63,981 nucleotides of DNA, filler included, from Octopus bimaculoides (GCF_001194135.2; 7 parts of 6 records of this genome joined end to end with filler, not necessarily neighbours in it); one strand, 5' to 3'; counted from the first letter of the whole stretch, positions 1-13,280 are shown. Numbers and translations: made by a program. Notes: generated by a model from the sequence alone, not told the origin.

Positions 1-1589
1 GAAAAACAAATAAAATAGTGAGGGATTATCAATATGGACAAAATACTTCATGAGCTCTCTGTTAGCACATCAGGCTAACAATGTTACTTAGACTAGTGAA
101 GAACTCCAGGTAATCTTTTGGTAGGGTCCAAGGTTCATCACAATTCTATATTACAAGTCCGTGGATGGGCATAAAGAAATTGTTTTTTTTATACGGAGTG
201 ATATATAAGTTTAAAATAATGATCATTACATATTTTTCCTTTATTGGAGGTTTACTCAATTCGTCTATTAATCAATTGGAGAAAATTGAATGACCATAGA
301 AAATTAATGCTTCATTCGTCAGAGCCATTTCTAGTTATAACAAGCAGAGCACTAGAGGAATAGCTGTCGTGTGGGAAAGGTAGGAGGAGAAAATGGAAAT
401 ATTCAAATAGAATATAGAATAGAATATAGAACAGAAGATAGGTTACAAAGGGGTGGAAGTAGGTGAAGGGATGGTATAGGAGCCACTTACTCGAAGCAGA
501 AGCATTGTATTCCCAAGTTTGGGAGAGGGACAGTCTAAAACATTAGTGTGTGCAGTTAGGTCAGCATTCCTTACCATATTAGCATTGTATATAGCTCATC
601 CAGACAAAGGACACTAAAATAATAATAACAATAACAATGTAGTACCAGGCAGTGGCTGTCGTGGCTTCTCATCTTAACTGATTAGAAGTGTTATGATGTA
701 TATTGTTTTATCTTGGTATAAAAGATGGGCTACAGCAAATATTCTGCTCAATACCACAAATTTGCTTGTCAGTTGTTTGACCTTAACAAGTTGCGCATGT
801 CCCTTAGTGGCTGACGATATATGCATCTCTGATCACGAGCAAGGGTAGTGGGGGTGCACCATAGCCACGTATTGAAAGGAACTCTTTGGGGTTTAGATAA
901 TTCACTTTTGGAAACGGGTGTTTCGTTCAACATCCTTAAACAACCCTTATTCATGGACCTTTTCAGTGGGATGGGCTACTCGACCTGAAGAAAATGCTAA
1001 CTGCAAGGCCATGCGCTGTTTACCTTGATATGAAATCACCATGTCACGCACATATGGTTGTGATGCATGTGCCTGGTGTACCCTTATCAGACGGATAGTC
1101 ATGATGGGTATACTGGGTTTCGTATATTTTACCCCAGTGTCTCTTTGATAGCATCCACTGTTCTCTCACTCAATAATAATAATAAAGCTGAAGTGAAGAA
1201 AGAGTATATAGTACGTGTAATTATTTGGCAAAGAATAGAAAAAGAAAAAAAATGACCATCCCGATATATAAAAACATATATATANNNNNNNNNNNNNNNN
1301 NNNNNNNNNNNNNNNNNNNNNNNNNNNNNNNNNNNNNNNNNNNNNNNNNNNNNNNNNNNNNNNNNNNNNNNNNNNNNNNNNNNNNNNNNNNNNNNNNNNN
1401 NNNNNNNNNNNNNNNNNNNNNNNNNNNNNNNNNNNNNNNNNNNNNNNNNNNNNNNNNNNNNNNNNNNNNNNNNNNNNNNNNNNNNNNNNNNNNNNNNNNN
1501 NNNNNNNNNNNNNNNNNTATATATATATATATATATGAAGAATATGAGGGATTTAGTTCACTGGTTATCTAAACCAATAAGTACGCTGC

Positions 1590-2640
1590 ATAAGTACTAT
1601 AATTGGTCATCCGTTAGATTCCAAGTTCGCAGCTTAGTCTGGAGCTAGAGATCCCAAGTAGGCTTCTGAGTTAGCAGGTATATATAAGAGGGAAAAGGAC
1701 AACAAAAACCAAGGCAGGACGAGTGTCTCAAGTCATTTAGAATATTTAATTAGAGTAAGGTGAATTTGAAGTAATTAATTAATTAATGGATATCTTACAG
1801 CTGTTTCCGGAATATCCCATGTGATAGGTTAGCATCTCTGGGTATTCCATCATCGGACACAAGGTGAGTATGAATGAAAGTTCTAGGCAGGGATTCACTG
1901 TTTATAAAGGAATAAAATAGTAGACCGAAGAATAAAGTGTAAAATTATTGATAGAATAATACAAACAGGAGAATAAAGTTCAGAGCTCATCTTCTTCCCG
2001 AGGGTCCGTACTTCCGTAAAGGTATAGGACTTTAAGTATAATCCCAGGTAAATCCAGGCTGTATTTTGGCAGTATTTTGAATGTTGCATTCATATTGAAG
2101 GAATAGATTAAGTGGCTAGCTAGTATGAAAATGGTCCGCGTGGGTATATAGAGTGAGAAAGACGGACATCATGATAGACAGATATGGGTTGTGGGTGAGT
2201 GAATAGAATAGAGAAGAGAAAGAGAGAAAAGAAAGGAATTGGGATAGGTACGGGAAAGTATGAATGAGAGTGAAAGTAAAATAAAAATTAAAAATAAAGA
2301 TAAAGATAAGATGCCAGTATTATTCTTCGTTAGGGTCGGTTCGGGGTGAGAGGTCAGGCATTAAGGTTTTGGTAAAGTGAAAGAGGAAGGCGTTTATGGC
2401 TATTAATCAAATAGATGAATTCTAGGTTCGGTGTGGTCGGAAAAAATATTTAGTTCAGTGGTCAGTAAGTATAGCTAAAAATAGATGCCTAACTTAAGGG
2501 AGTATACATAGGCTTAAAAATACAATTAAATGGTTAAAAGTTAAAAAATTAAAGAATTAAAAATTAAAAACTAAAAATGAAAGATTATTGCAGCTAGCTA
2601 GGTTCTAATATACTCATGCTGATAGATGAAAGAAAAGAAA
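1590..2640 (-). mobile_element. Decayed 3' portion of a Penelope-like element (C-terminal remnant plus 3' UTR/pLTR)
   Basis: The minus strand carries short degenerate coding remnants (AINAFLFHFTKTLMPDL) followed by a hammerhead-like motif at 1789-1860, which is typical of PLE pLTRs. Confidence 0.45.
1789..1860 (-). ncRNA. Degenerate minimal hammerhead ribozyme motif
   Basis: Minus strand: CCGATGA (core U4>C), stem II GGAATACCCA/TGGGATATTCC, GAAA, palindromic ACAGCTGT stem III, GUA triplet. Stem I is poor. Confidence 0.5.
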
Positions 2641-2749
2641 AACATACATATATTGTAACGACCGTGCATGTATATAGGCAAGTGTTATGTGTGTTGATTT
2701 TGCTTGCATTTGGACCTGTGGAAGAATCTAAAGGTACGATAGAACTTAT

Positions 2750-3910
2750 TTAACAGACACGTTTACGCACCAGATACAACCAAGTGTGAAGCTGCAAAAG
2801 TGTTTCAAGAAATTAAAATCGTGCAACAGAAACTGAAGAAACTACGCAACCAATCATTGCCGAAGCTTGTACATCTATATCGGAGAGGTAACTATAAAAT
2901 TATCTTCACTCCATATTCTTCGACAAGATATAAGACGCTATAAATAGAAGAAAAGAAGCCATTTATCCTTGCTATTGCGTGCTCAATATCTTATACCTAA
3001 AAACTATGTAAAAACAGTCAATGGGGAAAATTTTTTGTTGCATGATTCAGCATTTGACGGCAAGTGCATTTTGGTACTTGGAACGGCTAAAAGCATAGTA
3101 TTTCTAAACAAATTCTCCTCATCGGTGTTTCGATGAAACATTTAAAGTAGTTCCTGAAATTTTTAGCCAGTTGTATATGATTCATACCATAGTAGATCAA
3201 CACACTACACCCTGAATCTATGCACTCTTGCCGGATAAGACTCAGAAGCCTTACAATAAATTGATACACGAAGACAAGAACTTGACAAATTACACTCCTT
3301 TGAGTGCAATGATAGATTTTGAAAAAGTAATACTTTATTTGTGCACTTTCTTGAAACTGACGTTAAAGGTTGCTTTTTTCATTGATGCCAAAATATACAG
3401 GAAAATAAAGGAGTTTGACTTTCAAAAGCATTATCAAAACAATATTGAATGAGGATGGTAACAGCCCTTGCCTTTATACCTCCTGAATCTGTTTAGGCAG
3501 CTTGTTCTCTATGATATTATGCCAGAAAAAGCTTTGTCAGTTTTGGATTACTTCGAAAACATATTGGCAAGCCATGTTGACGCCGAGAACCAACATTTAA
3601 CATGTTTCTTTGAAATATGCATGAAGAACAAACGCTGAACGTCGTATGAATAATTCTGTCGAAAGATGGCACCGGCGCTTTGCGTCATTTGCCGGGTGTT
3701 TCCATCCAGTCATCTGGAAGTTCATGAGTATTTTAGGATGAGAAACTAACTTTCAAAATGTTCAAATGACTCAGATTATTGCTGGTATCGCTACTGAACC
3801 ACCTAGAAAGAAATATAAGGATGCAGCATCACGAATTTTATCAGTTGTGCAAAAATACCAAGAAACAACATATTTAGATTTTCTTAGAGGCATTGCATTT
3901 ATGGTTTTAA
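2750..3910 (+). pseudogene. MULE (Mutator-like) transposase pseudogene
   Basis: Frame-broken motifs FDETFKVVPEIFSQLYMIH (first catalytic D region), YALLPDKTQKPYNKL, MIDFEK, WHRRF..HPVIWKF and EPPRKKYKD..YLDFLRGIA. Confidence 0.82.
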
Positions 3911-4597
3911 ATAAATGTTTGAAGTTTTTCAGCTATTACATCTATTCCTAAATTTTACACAAAAATATCAACTAATAAATATTTTAAACTTTTTATAATA
4001 CTTCATTTTGCAAAACTGTATAGAAAAAATTATTAAATAGTGCAATACAGTAGTATTGCTTCCCAGCAAAACAAAGCACCATCAGAATTTAGGTTAGTTA
4101 AAATATGTCACAAACAAAAATTCTCTATTATAGTAAGATGTAAAAACACCATATTTATACAGCGCTGCCCCGCTTCGGATTCCCAGATGTTGCCTTTTTA
4201 GCTTTTTAGCCGTAATCAATCTGAAATACCGAAGATAGGTGGTCCTCGACAGATTCAAAGGTGTAGCTTTAAATAAAACACAGACAATAACATTAACTGA
4301 TCTGTGCTATTAGACCGCCAGCTTTCGGTATCACCAAGCAGTATTTAGGCATAAACCAACATTAGGTTAGATAAAATATGTTTGTCACATATTTCAACTT
4401 CTAAAGGCAAATTCACTGCAGCTACCGTGGAGGAAAAATTCTCTCTTATGGTAAAAAGGTGTCAGACAAAAAGTTTCAGTGGGAGGCTGCGATGGAAAAT
4501 TTACCACTATGTAAAATGGCATACCGTGTTTGTTTTGGTTCCCTGAGCTTTGTGTTCAAATTTTTCTCTGACCTTTGCCTTTCATCCTCCCAGCTTG

Positions 4598-4712
4598 AGA
4601 AATAAAGTGCCAACCAAATCCATTCATAAGGCTTTGGTCGGCCCGAGGCTATAGTAGAAGACACTTATCCAAGGTGCCACACAGTGCGACTGAACCTGGA
4701 ACCATGTGGTTA
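4598..4712 (-). mobile_element. tRNA-type SINE fragment (family A)
   Basis: Matches the aaggctttggtcggcccgaggctatagtagaagacac...aaccatgtgg segment seen again near 33803, 34030, 40340, 41290, 50430 and 62810. Confidence 0.8.
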
Positions 4713-6170
4713 GTAATTTATTTATATATATAGTCTTCCATGTGAAATATTGTCGATTATCTACATTCTGCGTTTTCAGCAAGGAAGTACCAGAACAATT
4801 GATGATATTGCCATCTTTTATTGCCACATCAAAACAAAATCAAGTACAATAACAATAACAAATAGTCTGAAATAAAATTTTAAATTTTATTAATATATTA
4901 CTTAACAAGTAAATATCTATTTTACTTTCTAGAGAATTCTACTTTGGTTTCTTCGTATTTCAGAGGAGTCTCATTAAATTCCTCGAGACAAAAATGTGAA
5001 ATTCAATATCAAAGTTTTATTGACAACTGAAAGGGATTCAATAAATCATGCGCTTTCTTATTTTTATATTTAGATTTCTCTTTTCTTCTTTGTTAACGAT
5101 TAAAGTATTTTTTCTCTTTATTGTTTTTGACTTCCTACTTGTTCAAAACAAGATATTCTTGAGTTTAAGTTATTACAGTCAACCTTACAGATAATTCTCT
5201 CCTGCTTCCAGTAATAAAAGACTTGCAATAACATTTTAAAAAAATTATCAAAATGTTTTCTAAATGTCATTCCGATAAATTATTTCCAATGAATTCTTTT
5301 TTACAGGACTCACCAAACGATGTTTAAGAAGTTAGGCGCGGGAAGAGGAGAATAACGTAAAAAGAGAAAGAAAGAAAGAAAGAAAGAAAGATAGGAACGA
5401 ACAAACGAACGAACGAAGGCATGGCATAGAATAATATAATTTAAAGGAAAAACGAAGAGGAGAATGCAATGCAACCTATCTACTGTGAATGAATGTGTGT
5501 GCGTGTGTGTGCGTGTGCGTGTGTGTGTGTTGGGATGTTTTGCAATTCTGAACTGTTTTCAAGTAGCAGTGAAATTTGACTACCTCAGTTGCTACACATA
5601 TTCTCGTAACTCTATCAGTTCAATATTGAAGAAAAGAAGAAATCTTTTATAGTGATTACTATGAATCTTAAAAGTCATCTCACCATGTTTTATATTTCCA
5701 ACAAATGTTCGCCTTTAATTGGTAATATCAACTGAATATATATTATTATATTCGACATGTCTGAGTCATGGCTACATTTCAGATAAGCTTGGATATATCT
5801 CAGTTGGTTTGCTTCACACCATCCATATCTCGTCAAAATCAATGTTTGATCAATAGCTGTTATACCAGACAATATATCATTTCTTCCCACTTGTGCAGAG
5901 TTCTGTGAGCTGACGTTGATTTAGAGAATGTTTACGTGTGTTCGGGTATTTGACGTGCTCGATTGACTTGTTACAATGACAAAACAGAACTGTGTCCCCT
6001 GTGTCATTTTGTCTGCATAAAATACATTCTGCTAGAAATAGTTAGCGTCTACTCACTTTACCAGTGAAGTTGTAGTTTTGTGATTTTGACCACATTACTT
6101 GGCATAGAATGAAACATATTGGTAATATTTATGTCGACCATACTGTTCGATATATGTTCGTATATCGATT

Positions 6171-6202
<32 letters not shown>

Positions 6203-6337
6203 AGTGTGTGTATGCGTGGTGGGGATGGGGTGCGAACGTACATTCACAGGCATATATATGTTTCTTCTTACAGATATATTTAAGTTTTTCCGGTCATTCT
6301 ATGCATAATATTCATCTATAAAGATACAAGCATACTC

Positions 6338-6382
<45 letters not shown>

Positions 6383-6603
6383 TGTGTGCAAATGAGTATG
6401 ATTTTTGTATAATTTTTCCTTTGGACTGTGGCCATGCTGGAACACCATCTTAAAGGGTGTTAGTCGAAGAAATCGACCCCAGGACTTGTAATTCTTGTAC
6501 TTACTCTATCGGTCTTTTTGCCGAACCGCTATTTTACGAGGACATAAACACACCAACATCGGTTGTCAAGTGATTGCCGGGAACAAAGACACACACACAC
6601 ATT

Positions 6604-6640
<37 letters not shown>

Positions 6641-6732
6641 TATAAGACAACAAAAGAATGAAAGAGACCTCGATATTATGTAAATAGAGGAATTTATCAG
6701 GTAATATAATATGTGACAATTATTCGCTTGCT

Positions 6733-6795
6733 ATAATAAGACTCCCAGTTTCGGATGTCGGAGCGGAAGCCTGCTCGGCATCTCGTCAGTTATCG
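6733..6795 (-). ncRNA. Minimal type I hammerhead ribozyme motif (left pLTR)
   Basis: Minus strand: cgataa CTGACGA gatg..gagc..gctc..catcc GAAAC tggga GTC ttatt. Confidence 0.7.
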
Positions 6796-7598
6796 AGGCA
6801 ATCAAAATATGCTATGAAAATGACCATTAAACAAAAGGAAATTACTATGTAATTGACCGTTATTAAGACAAAAGAGCCATTAGAATGACCGTTAAATAAG
6901 GGGAAAAACCGAAGGGGAGGAAGTAAAAAGTAAGGAAGTAAAAGTGCTCATAGCAATCGCGTATGCGTGCATGTGCATACATAGACATGCGCGTGCGCAC
7001 ACCGACGTACATGTGCCTTTATGCATATGCTCACTCACACTCGCATGAAACATATACATGCGCACCCACACATACGCCAATAGATGCATATATACATGCA
7101 ACCATGCATGTACATGTATACATTTCCACACACACACACACGTGCACATACCCATACACGTCTAAAAATACGCACATGCTATATATGCATATGCTCACTC
7201 GCACTCGCGTGAAACACACGCACACACACACGACATACGCATATGTATATCCACACACACGTGCACACACCCATATGCTCACTCACACTCGCATGAAGCA
7301 CTCGCATGTACACCCACATATATATGTAACCATACACATGTACATATACATGTACATATATACATACCCGCACACACGCACACACACATGCACGCGCACA
7401 AAATGTTCATATACACTGCTAAATAGTACATGCACAAGAAAAATGCAGGATGAAAGGTAAAATACAGAAAATATGTATAAAAAATATATAAAGTAATAAA
7501 AATGTAAAAATATATCTATAAATATGTATAAAAATATATATATAAAAAGTATAGAGAGATAAAATGCTTGTACGTGGACACAATATAAAAAGCAGGTT

Positions 7599-8036
7599 CT
7601 ATCTGTGATCTTGTGGGGACCAAAAACGTAACAAATATTTAGCCATATGTGAACATGATCCAAAAAGTTCAGTTCTTGAATTTAGACATGTAGCAGAGTC
7701 TAAACTGCTTTTCCAGATAAGCCATCTTTCCATATCATAAAGACCGCACTTTCCACAGCCGTTGGTGTAAGGCTTACACTTGGCGAAGATCTTCCAATGG
7801 ATGCTGTAACTGATAACTTTATCTTTAAAGGACCACATATGACTGGATGATTTGGTCGTTTTCCTTTTATCCCAGTGCCTGAAGCTCAAGGTGTGATTGT
7901 TGAACCTGGCCTTAAAATTCCCCTCTGTAAGGCGCACATATTTCTTTGTCGAAACTGTGTCTTTAGTGGTTGTAGAGTCTACGGTGGCTTCATAAATGAT
8001 GGTCTCGGACATGCAAGCTCCATTTAGCGGGCACAA
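7599..8036 (-). pseudogene. Penelope-type GIY-YIG endonuclease domain remnant
   Basis: CPLNGACMSETIIYEATV...KKYVRLTEGNFKARFNNHTLSF...CKPY...CGKCGLY...LNSRTELFGSCSH. The GIY and YIG motifs have diverged to IIY and YVR. Confidence 0.88.
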
Positions 8037-8718
8037 ATTTTTATCCTTGCATGAACAGCTGGTTTCATATTGTGGTTTTTGCGTGTTGTGTACGATTATA
8101 ATTTTTAAAATTAGTAGTTGAGCTGAAACCGATTTTTAAGCTATGTCTATTGAAGAGCTTTCTGTAATTATTATTGACTGGAAAATATTTACCTATCAGT
8201 GCTAAGAAACACTTACCTATATTAAAGGTCACTTCGGAGGGAGTAAGGGGGTGTGAACCAGATAGTCTTCTTATTCCTATGTTTCCTTTTCCAATAAAAA
8301 AAGAAAAGGAAACATAGAAATAGGAAAACTATAACTGTGCGCGTATGGGTATGTGCACGTGTGTATGTATGTGTTCGCGCATGTGTGGATATATATACGT
8401 GTACATGCATGGTTGCATATATATGTGCATCTATTGGCGTATGTGTCGGTGCGCATGTATGTGTTTCATCCGAGTGTGAGTGAGCATGTGCATAAAGGCA
8501 CATGTACGAGGGTGTGCGTGTGCGCATGTGTATATATGTACATGCGCGCATATGCGACTGCTATGAGCATTTTTACTTCTTTATTTTTTACACCCTCCCC
8601 TTCGGTTTTTCCCCTTATTCAACGGTCATTCTTATAACGCTTTTGTCTTAATAATGGTCAATTACATAGTAATTTCCCTTTGTGTGACGGTCATTTTCAT
8701 AGCATATTTTGATTGCTT

Positions 8719-8784
8719 CGATAACTGACGAGATGCCGGAGCAGGCTTCCTCTCCGACATCCGAAACTGAGAGTCTTATTATCG
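8719..8784 (+). ncRNA. Minimal type I hammerhead ribozyme motif (right pLTR)
   Basis: cgataa CTGACGA(8725-8731) gatg-ccggag..ctccg-a-catcc GAAA(8763-8766)C tgaga GTC(8773-8775) ttattatcg. Stem I is gataa/ttatt. Confidence 0.72.
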
Positions 8785-8875
8785 CAACCGAATAATCGTC
8801 AAATATTATATTACAGATATATATATGGGCAAGTGTATTCTACTATAGCCTCGGGCCAGCCAAAGCCTTCTGTTA

Positions 8876-8886
8876 TTTTATTATTA

Positions 8887-8984
<98 letters not shown>

Positions 8985-9780
8985 TAGACTTATTTTTATC
9001 ACGTGCTTTCACTGTACTACCCAGTGCAGCTCTGTCTGCCTTGGGTATGTGCTGTGGTTTGTTGTGGTGCTCATATTTCCACTGTATTGAAAGTGTTTTA
9101 AATAGGATGTGTGCGGTGCTTATTTTCTATATGTTATATATACTTGTATGTATTTGTCTGAATGTTCTTTTTACCATACCTAATACGCCTACTATCATAG
9201 GAATTGTTTCTGCTTTTAGACTCCACATTCGAATTGCCTCTATTTCCAGATCTTTGAATTCTGAAGTTTCTCCGTTTCTTTTAGAGAGACGTTGTCATCT
9301 GTTGGCATTGATACATTAATTGGAAAGCATTTTTTTTTCTTGGTGATCTCTGACAACTGTATCTGGCTTATTGGCCTTAATTTCCCTATCAGTGTGTATT
9401 GGCATATCCCATAGTATTGTTGCTTTTTTCATTTTCTGTGATCTTTTCTGGCGCGGGCCTATACCATCTTTTTTCTGTTGTTATTCCATAGTGTTGTCAT
9501 AGCTGTCGTGTCTGAATATATTCCTTCTTAACCATATATTCCATCCTGGATAGCCAGAGACAATGGTATATTGTTTCTCCTCCATCACCATGTATTCTGC
9601 AGTTACTTGTATTTCTTTTCATTACATGTTTTTTGGTGATTTCTGGTAGGAATGCTTTGATCTTGTGCTGCAATTAAAACTCCTTCAGTCTCTGCTTTGA
9701 GTCCTGAGCTTCTCAGTCATTGTTGTGATTTTGCTTTGCTTCAGTTTTCCCTTAGCTCTTCCCAATTCATACCCTAACTT
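8876..9780 (-). mobile_element. R4/Dong-type (RLE) non-LTR retrotransposon 3' end abutting a (TAA)n tract
   Basis: Minus-strand remnants ATILWDMPIHTDREIKANKPDTVVRD, FKDLEIEAIRMWSLKAETIPMIVGVLG. The 3' UTR runs directly into (TAA)n at 8876-8981. Confidence 0.85.
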
Positions 9781-9970
9781 TTATTCTTATTGAGTGAGAG
9801 AGTAATGCATGCCATCAAAGTGATACCCATCATGACTACCCGTCTGATAAGGGTACACCAGGCACATGCANNNNNNNNNNNNNNNNNNNNNNNNNNNNNN
9901 NNNNNNNNNNNNNNNNNNNNNNNNNNNNNNNNNNNNNNNNNNNNNNNNNNNNNNNNNNNNNNNNNNNNNN

Positions 9971-10160
9971 TGCAACAAGTATAGACTTGACAGAGCAAAA
10001 AATCGGTACGACCACAAACCTGGAGGCATCGTTGAAAATAGAAATGCAAAGATCCTATGGGACTTCATGGTTTAGTGCAACCATGACATAGAGAATAGGA
10101 AGCCGGACGTAGTCTTAATTGAGAAAGAAAACAAACTATGCTGCATCATTGTGCCAAGGC

Positions 10161-10221
<61 letters not shown>

Positions 10222-10340
10222 GAAATGAAATTCGGATTAGAAAAATGTGCCAAAGCAACCCTGAAAAGAGGAAAATTAGTTAAAAGTAGCAATATAACAC
10301 TAGATAAAGCCAATGAAATAAGAGAACTAGACGAAAGCCA
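9971..10340 (+). mobile_element. R4/Dong-type LINE fragments either side of a (TAA)n tract
   Basis: NAKILWDFMV*CNHDIENRKPDVVLIEKENKLC (RLE domain), then (TAA)n, then MKFGLEKCAKATLKRGKLVKS (RT C-terminal region). Confidence 0.8.
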
Positions 10341-10384
10341 NNNNNNNNNNNNNNNNNNNNNNNNNNNNNNNNNNNNNNNNNNNN

Positions 10385-10396
10385 TTAATTAATTAA
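10385..10396. other. Artificial TTAATTAATTAA spacer in a 100-nt scaffold gap (also at 24774, 29618, 42630, 57990, 61557)
   Basis: Identical 12-mer centred in N runs (44 N on each side where counted). It gives stop codons in all six frames. Confidence 0.95.
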
Positions 10397-10497
10397 NNNN
10401 NNNNNNNNNNNNNNNNNNNNNNNNNNNNNNNNNNNNNNNNTATTGTATGTTTTCACTCTACTACCGAGATCGCAGCTCTGGGTATGTGCTGAGGTTT

Positions 10498-10536
<39 letters not shown>

Positions 10537-11351
10537 CAAAAATAAATAATAAATAAATAAAAGTTGAAATGTTACTACAAAACTCAGGTGTTGAATATTA
10601 GATATTTTAGTAATTTTTAATGAGGAATTTAATTAAAACAAATTAGTTTATGTTATCTTAGTATTTTAGAAGAATAATCTTTCTGATACACTCGTGTATA
10701 TATGTGTGTATTTGTACTTCTGCATGAGTTTGGTGTATATACATTATAAGTAATGTGTGTGTGTGTGGTGTGTGAAAATTTAAGTATACTCTTAAGATTT
10801 TGGTTAACACATGTGTATGTGCATTGCTTTAAGTGTATGTATGACCTTGCTTGAGATGTGTGTGTACAAATATGTATTTCAGTGTGTGTTTGAAAGAAAT
10901 TTAAAAATTTTGTTTGATATATTTGTGTGTATTTGAACTTCAATTTTTGTTATAGTGTTTCTCTTTAATCTTCAGCCAATTAACTTGTTTAAGAGATTTC
11001 TATTTGAATTAACGGCCTACCCCCCCCCCCCNNNNNNNNNNNNNNNNNNNNNNNNNNNNNNNNNNNNNNNNNNNNNNNNNNNNNNNNNNNNNNNNNNNNN
11101 NNNNNNNNNNNNNNNNNNNNNNNNNNNNNNNNNNNNNNNNNNNNNNNNNNNNNNNNNNNNNNNNNNNNNNNNNNNNNNNNNNNNNNNNNNNNNNNNNNNN
11201 NNNNNNNNNNNNNNNNNNNNNNNNNNNAAAAAAAAAAAAAAAAAAAATGAGATAATTAAAATTTATTTTCTGATTTCTGTACGAAAATATTGAGTACTGC
11301 GAATTGATCTTATTATAATTTATAGCGGTGGAGAGCATTGCTGAATGAACA

Positions 11352-11392
<41 letters not shown>

Positions 11393-11533
11393 GCTGATTT
11401 GAAGGAGTATGTGTGTGGAACTGTCTGAGTGAAGGAGGGAGAGTCTGGTTATTTGAGTGAGGATGTATGCAAGATAGAATGTGTGTGCCTATGTAGTTGA
11501 GGATTTGTTTATGTGATTGAGTGAAAGAAGGAG

Positions 11534-11581
<48 letters not shown>

Positions 11582-11992
11582 TGTAGTTGGTTAAGTGAAG
11601 GTGTGTGAGAGAGGGATTGTTTGTGCCTGTGTGACTGAGTACATGTATGTGTGTGTAACCATGATGGCTGGAGTGTATGTTTGGCTCAATAGCGAAAAGT
11701 GTCAGTGAATGATAGTAAGGGATAATGGAAGAGAAGCAGTGTGTGGCTGATTAAGGAAGAAGTTAAGTTGACTGAATTAAAAATGTAGCAATGTAGCAGT
11801 TCTTATTTATCCATATGCTAACAAGTAAACTTACCACCAAAGTTGTTCTAGTCATATTTACCTCATAATTTTGCAAGCTTATCTCAGACTACAGTATTCA
11901 ATATATCATTCTTGTTTTGAGGATGACCATAAGAATGTGGTTTGAGAGAGAAACGTGGCTGCTCTTTCTAGAATCTTCCTCATTGGTTAAGC

Positions 11993-12239
11993 ACTAACAG
12001 GAGAGCTGGCAGAATCGTTAGCACGCCGGGCGAAATGCTTGGCGGCATTTTGTCTGCCGTTACGTTCTGAGTTCAAATTCCGCCGAGGTCGACTTTGCCT
12101 TTCATCCTTTCGGGATCGATAAAGTAAGTACCAGTTACGCACTGGGGTCGATGTAATCGACATAACCTCTTTGTCTGTCCTTGTTTGTCCCCTCTACGTT
12201 TAGCCCCTTGTGGGCAATAAAGAAATAACTAACAGGAGA
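11993..12239 (+). mobile_element. SINE family B, full copy with 12-bp TSD
   Basis: gagctggcagaatcgttagc...aataaagaaata flanked by ACTAACAGGAGA at 11993-12004 and 12228-12239. Confidence 0.88.
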
Positions 12240-12589
12240 TGGTTGAATCACTTGACATCTGTCACTCACCAATATTTCAAAAGGAAAATTATTTTTGCTT
12301 TACAAGTTTAACTGCACCTATTTCTTGGATTGTGGCCATCATCCTCCTAAAAAACCCCAAAGTGCTAAAACCATAAAGCTTGACACCCTTATCATAATGT
12401 GCTAATCAAATATTATAATTTTATAATATTAAAGACTCAGAGTAACTGATATCTGAGCCCATGGTGGATTTCTTGTGTGTGTAATTTTACTCTTATTGCC
12501 CTTTTCAAAGTGAGCCCCCATTTGTTGTCGATAATTTCTCTTGTCAACACTTAACTAATTCACACCCAGAATGACAAGTTCTAGTAATT

Positions 12590-13280
12590 GGGTCCCTGCC
12601 TCAGGCACCTCTGCAGGTTAAATTTGTGGGACCTATAGCAAGTGATTTTAAATTGTGAACAGTCTATGCTTTACCTATCTATTGGTCTACACAGTACTCT
12701 GTCTAGATTTGTTCTGGATGATCCGATGTGGTTTGTCCATGTTCACATTGGCATATTTAGGATGTACCTGCCAAACAGTTGGAAGCAAGAAGTTTGTTAG
12801 GCTTTTGTAACTCCTTTATCTGTCAGCTTGTCCCACACGATCCAAGTGTGCATCCAAGACACCGTTCCAATCTCTCATTAGGACTTAGGAACGGACCTTC
12901 CCAGGAAACACTCTAGACACCTAAAGAAATGTGGTCACCATGTACATGCTGACTCTGCTTTGATGGTGATGCCAGGCGACTTGCATTTACACTGCTTGTT
13001 CTGAGTAAGGCCATGTTTGATGAAAGTGGGTAGGGAGATGGGGATGTTGCCATTCTGGTTTGATGTGGGTGTTTTCATGAGCAGTTCTTTGTAAAATTTT
13101 TTATTAATATTCCCCCTGAAATCTCCACCTCTGTTAGAATATATGTTTTTTATGGCATTGTATATGCTACATGTTGTTTTGATGATTTTTATGAGTTGAT
13201 GTGCTATTTGCTGGTGATTGTTCTCTGCTGTTTGTCTTAGATGCTGAAGGACTTTGATAGCAAGGTTTTAAAAAAAAACA
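12590..13280 (-). pseudogene. Degenerate Penelope-like linker/GIY-YIG region
   Basis: Minus-strand remnants FYKELLMKTP..IPISLPTF and QTSCFQLFGRYILNMP..HIG..DCSQFKITCY, broken by many stops. Confidence 0.5.

Larger units (their letters stand above)
6705..8815 (-). mobile_element. 5'-truncated Penelope-like element with an inverted copy of its 3' end (inverted pLTRs)
   Basis: About 450-bp segments at ~6705-7160 and ~8340-8815 are reverse complements of each other. They enclose the KKTIWFTPPYS linker (8222-8300) and a GIY-YIG domain. Confidence 0.88.

Noticed and set aside
6892-8637. Several His/Thr/Cys/Val-rich ORFs
   Set aside because: They come from the degenerate CA/TA-rich 3' UTR of the Penelope pLTR and occur in both inverted copies.
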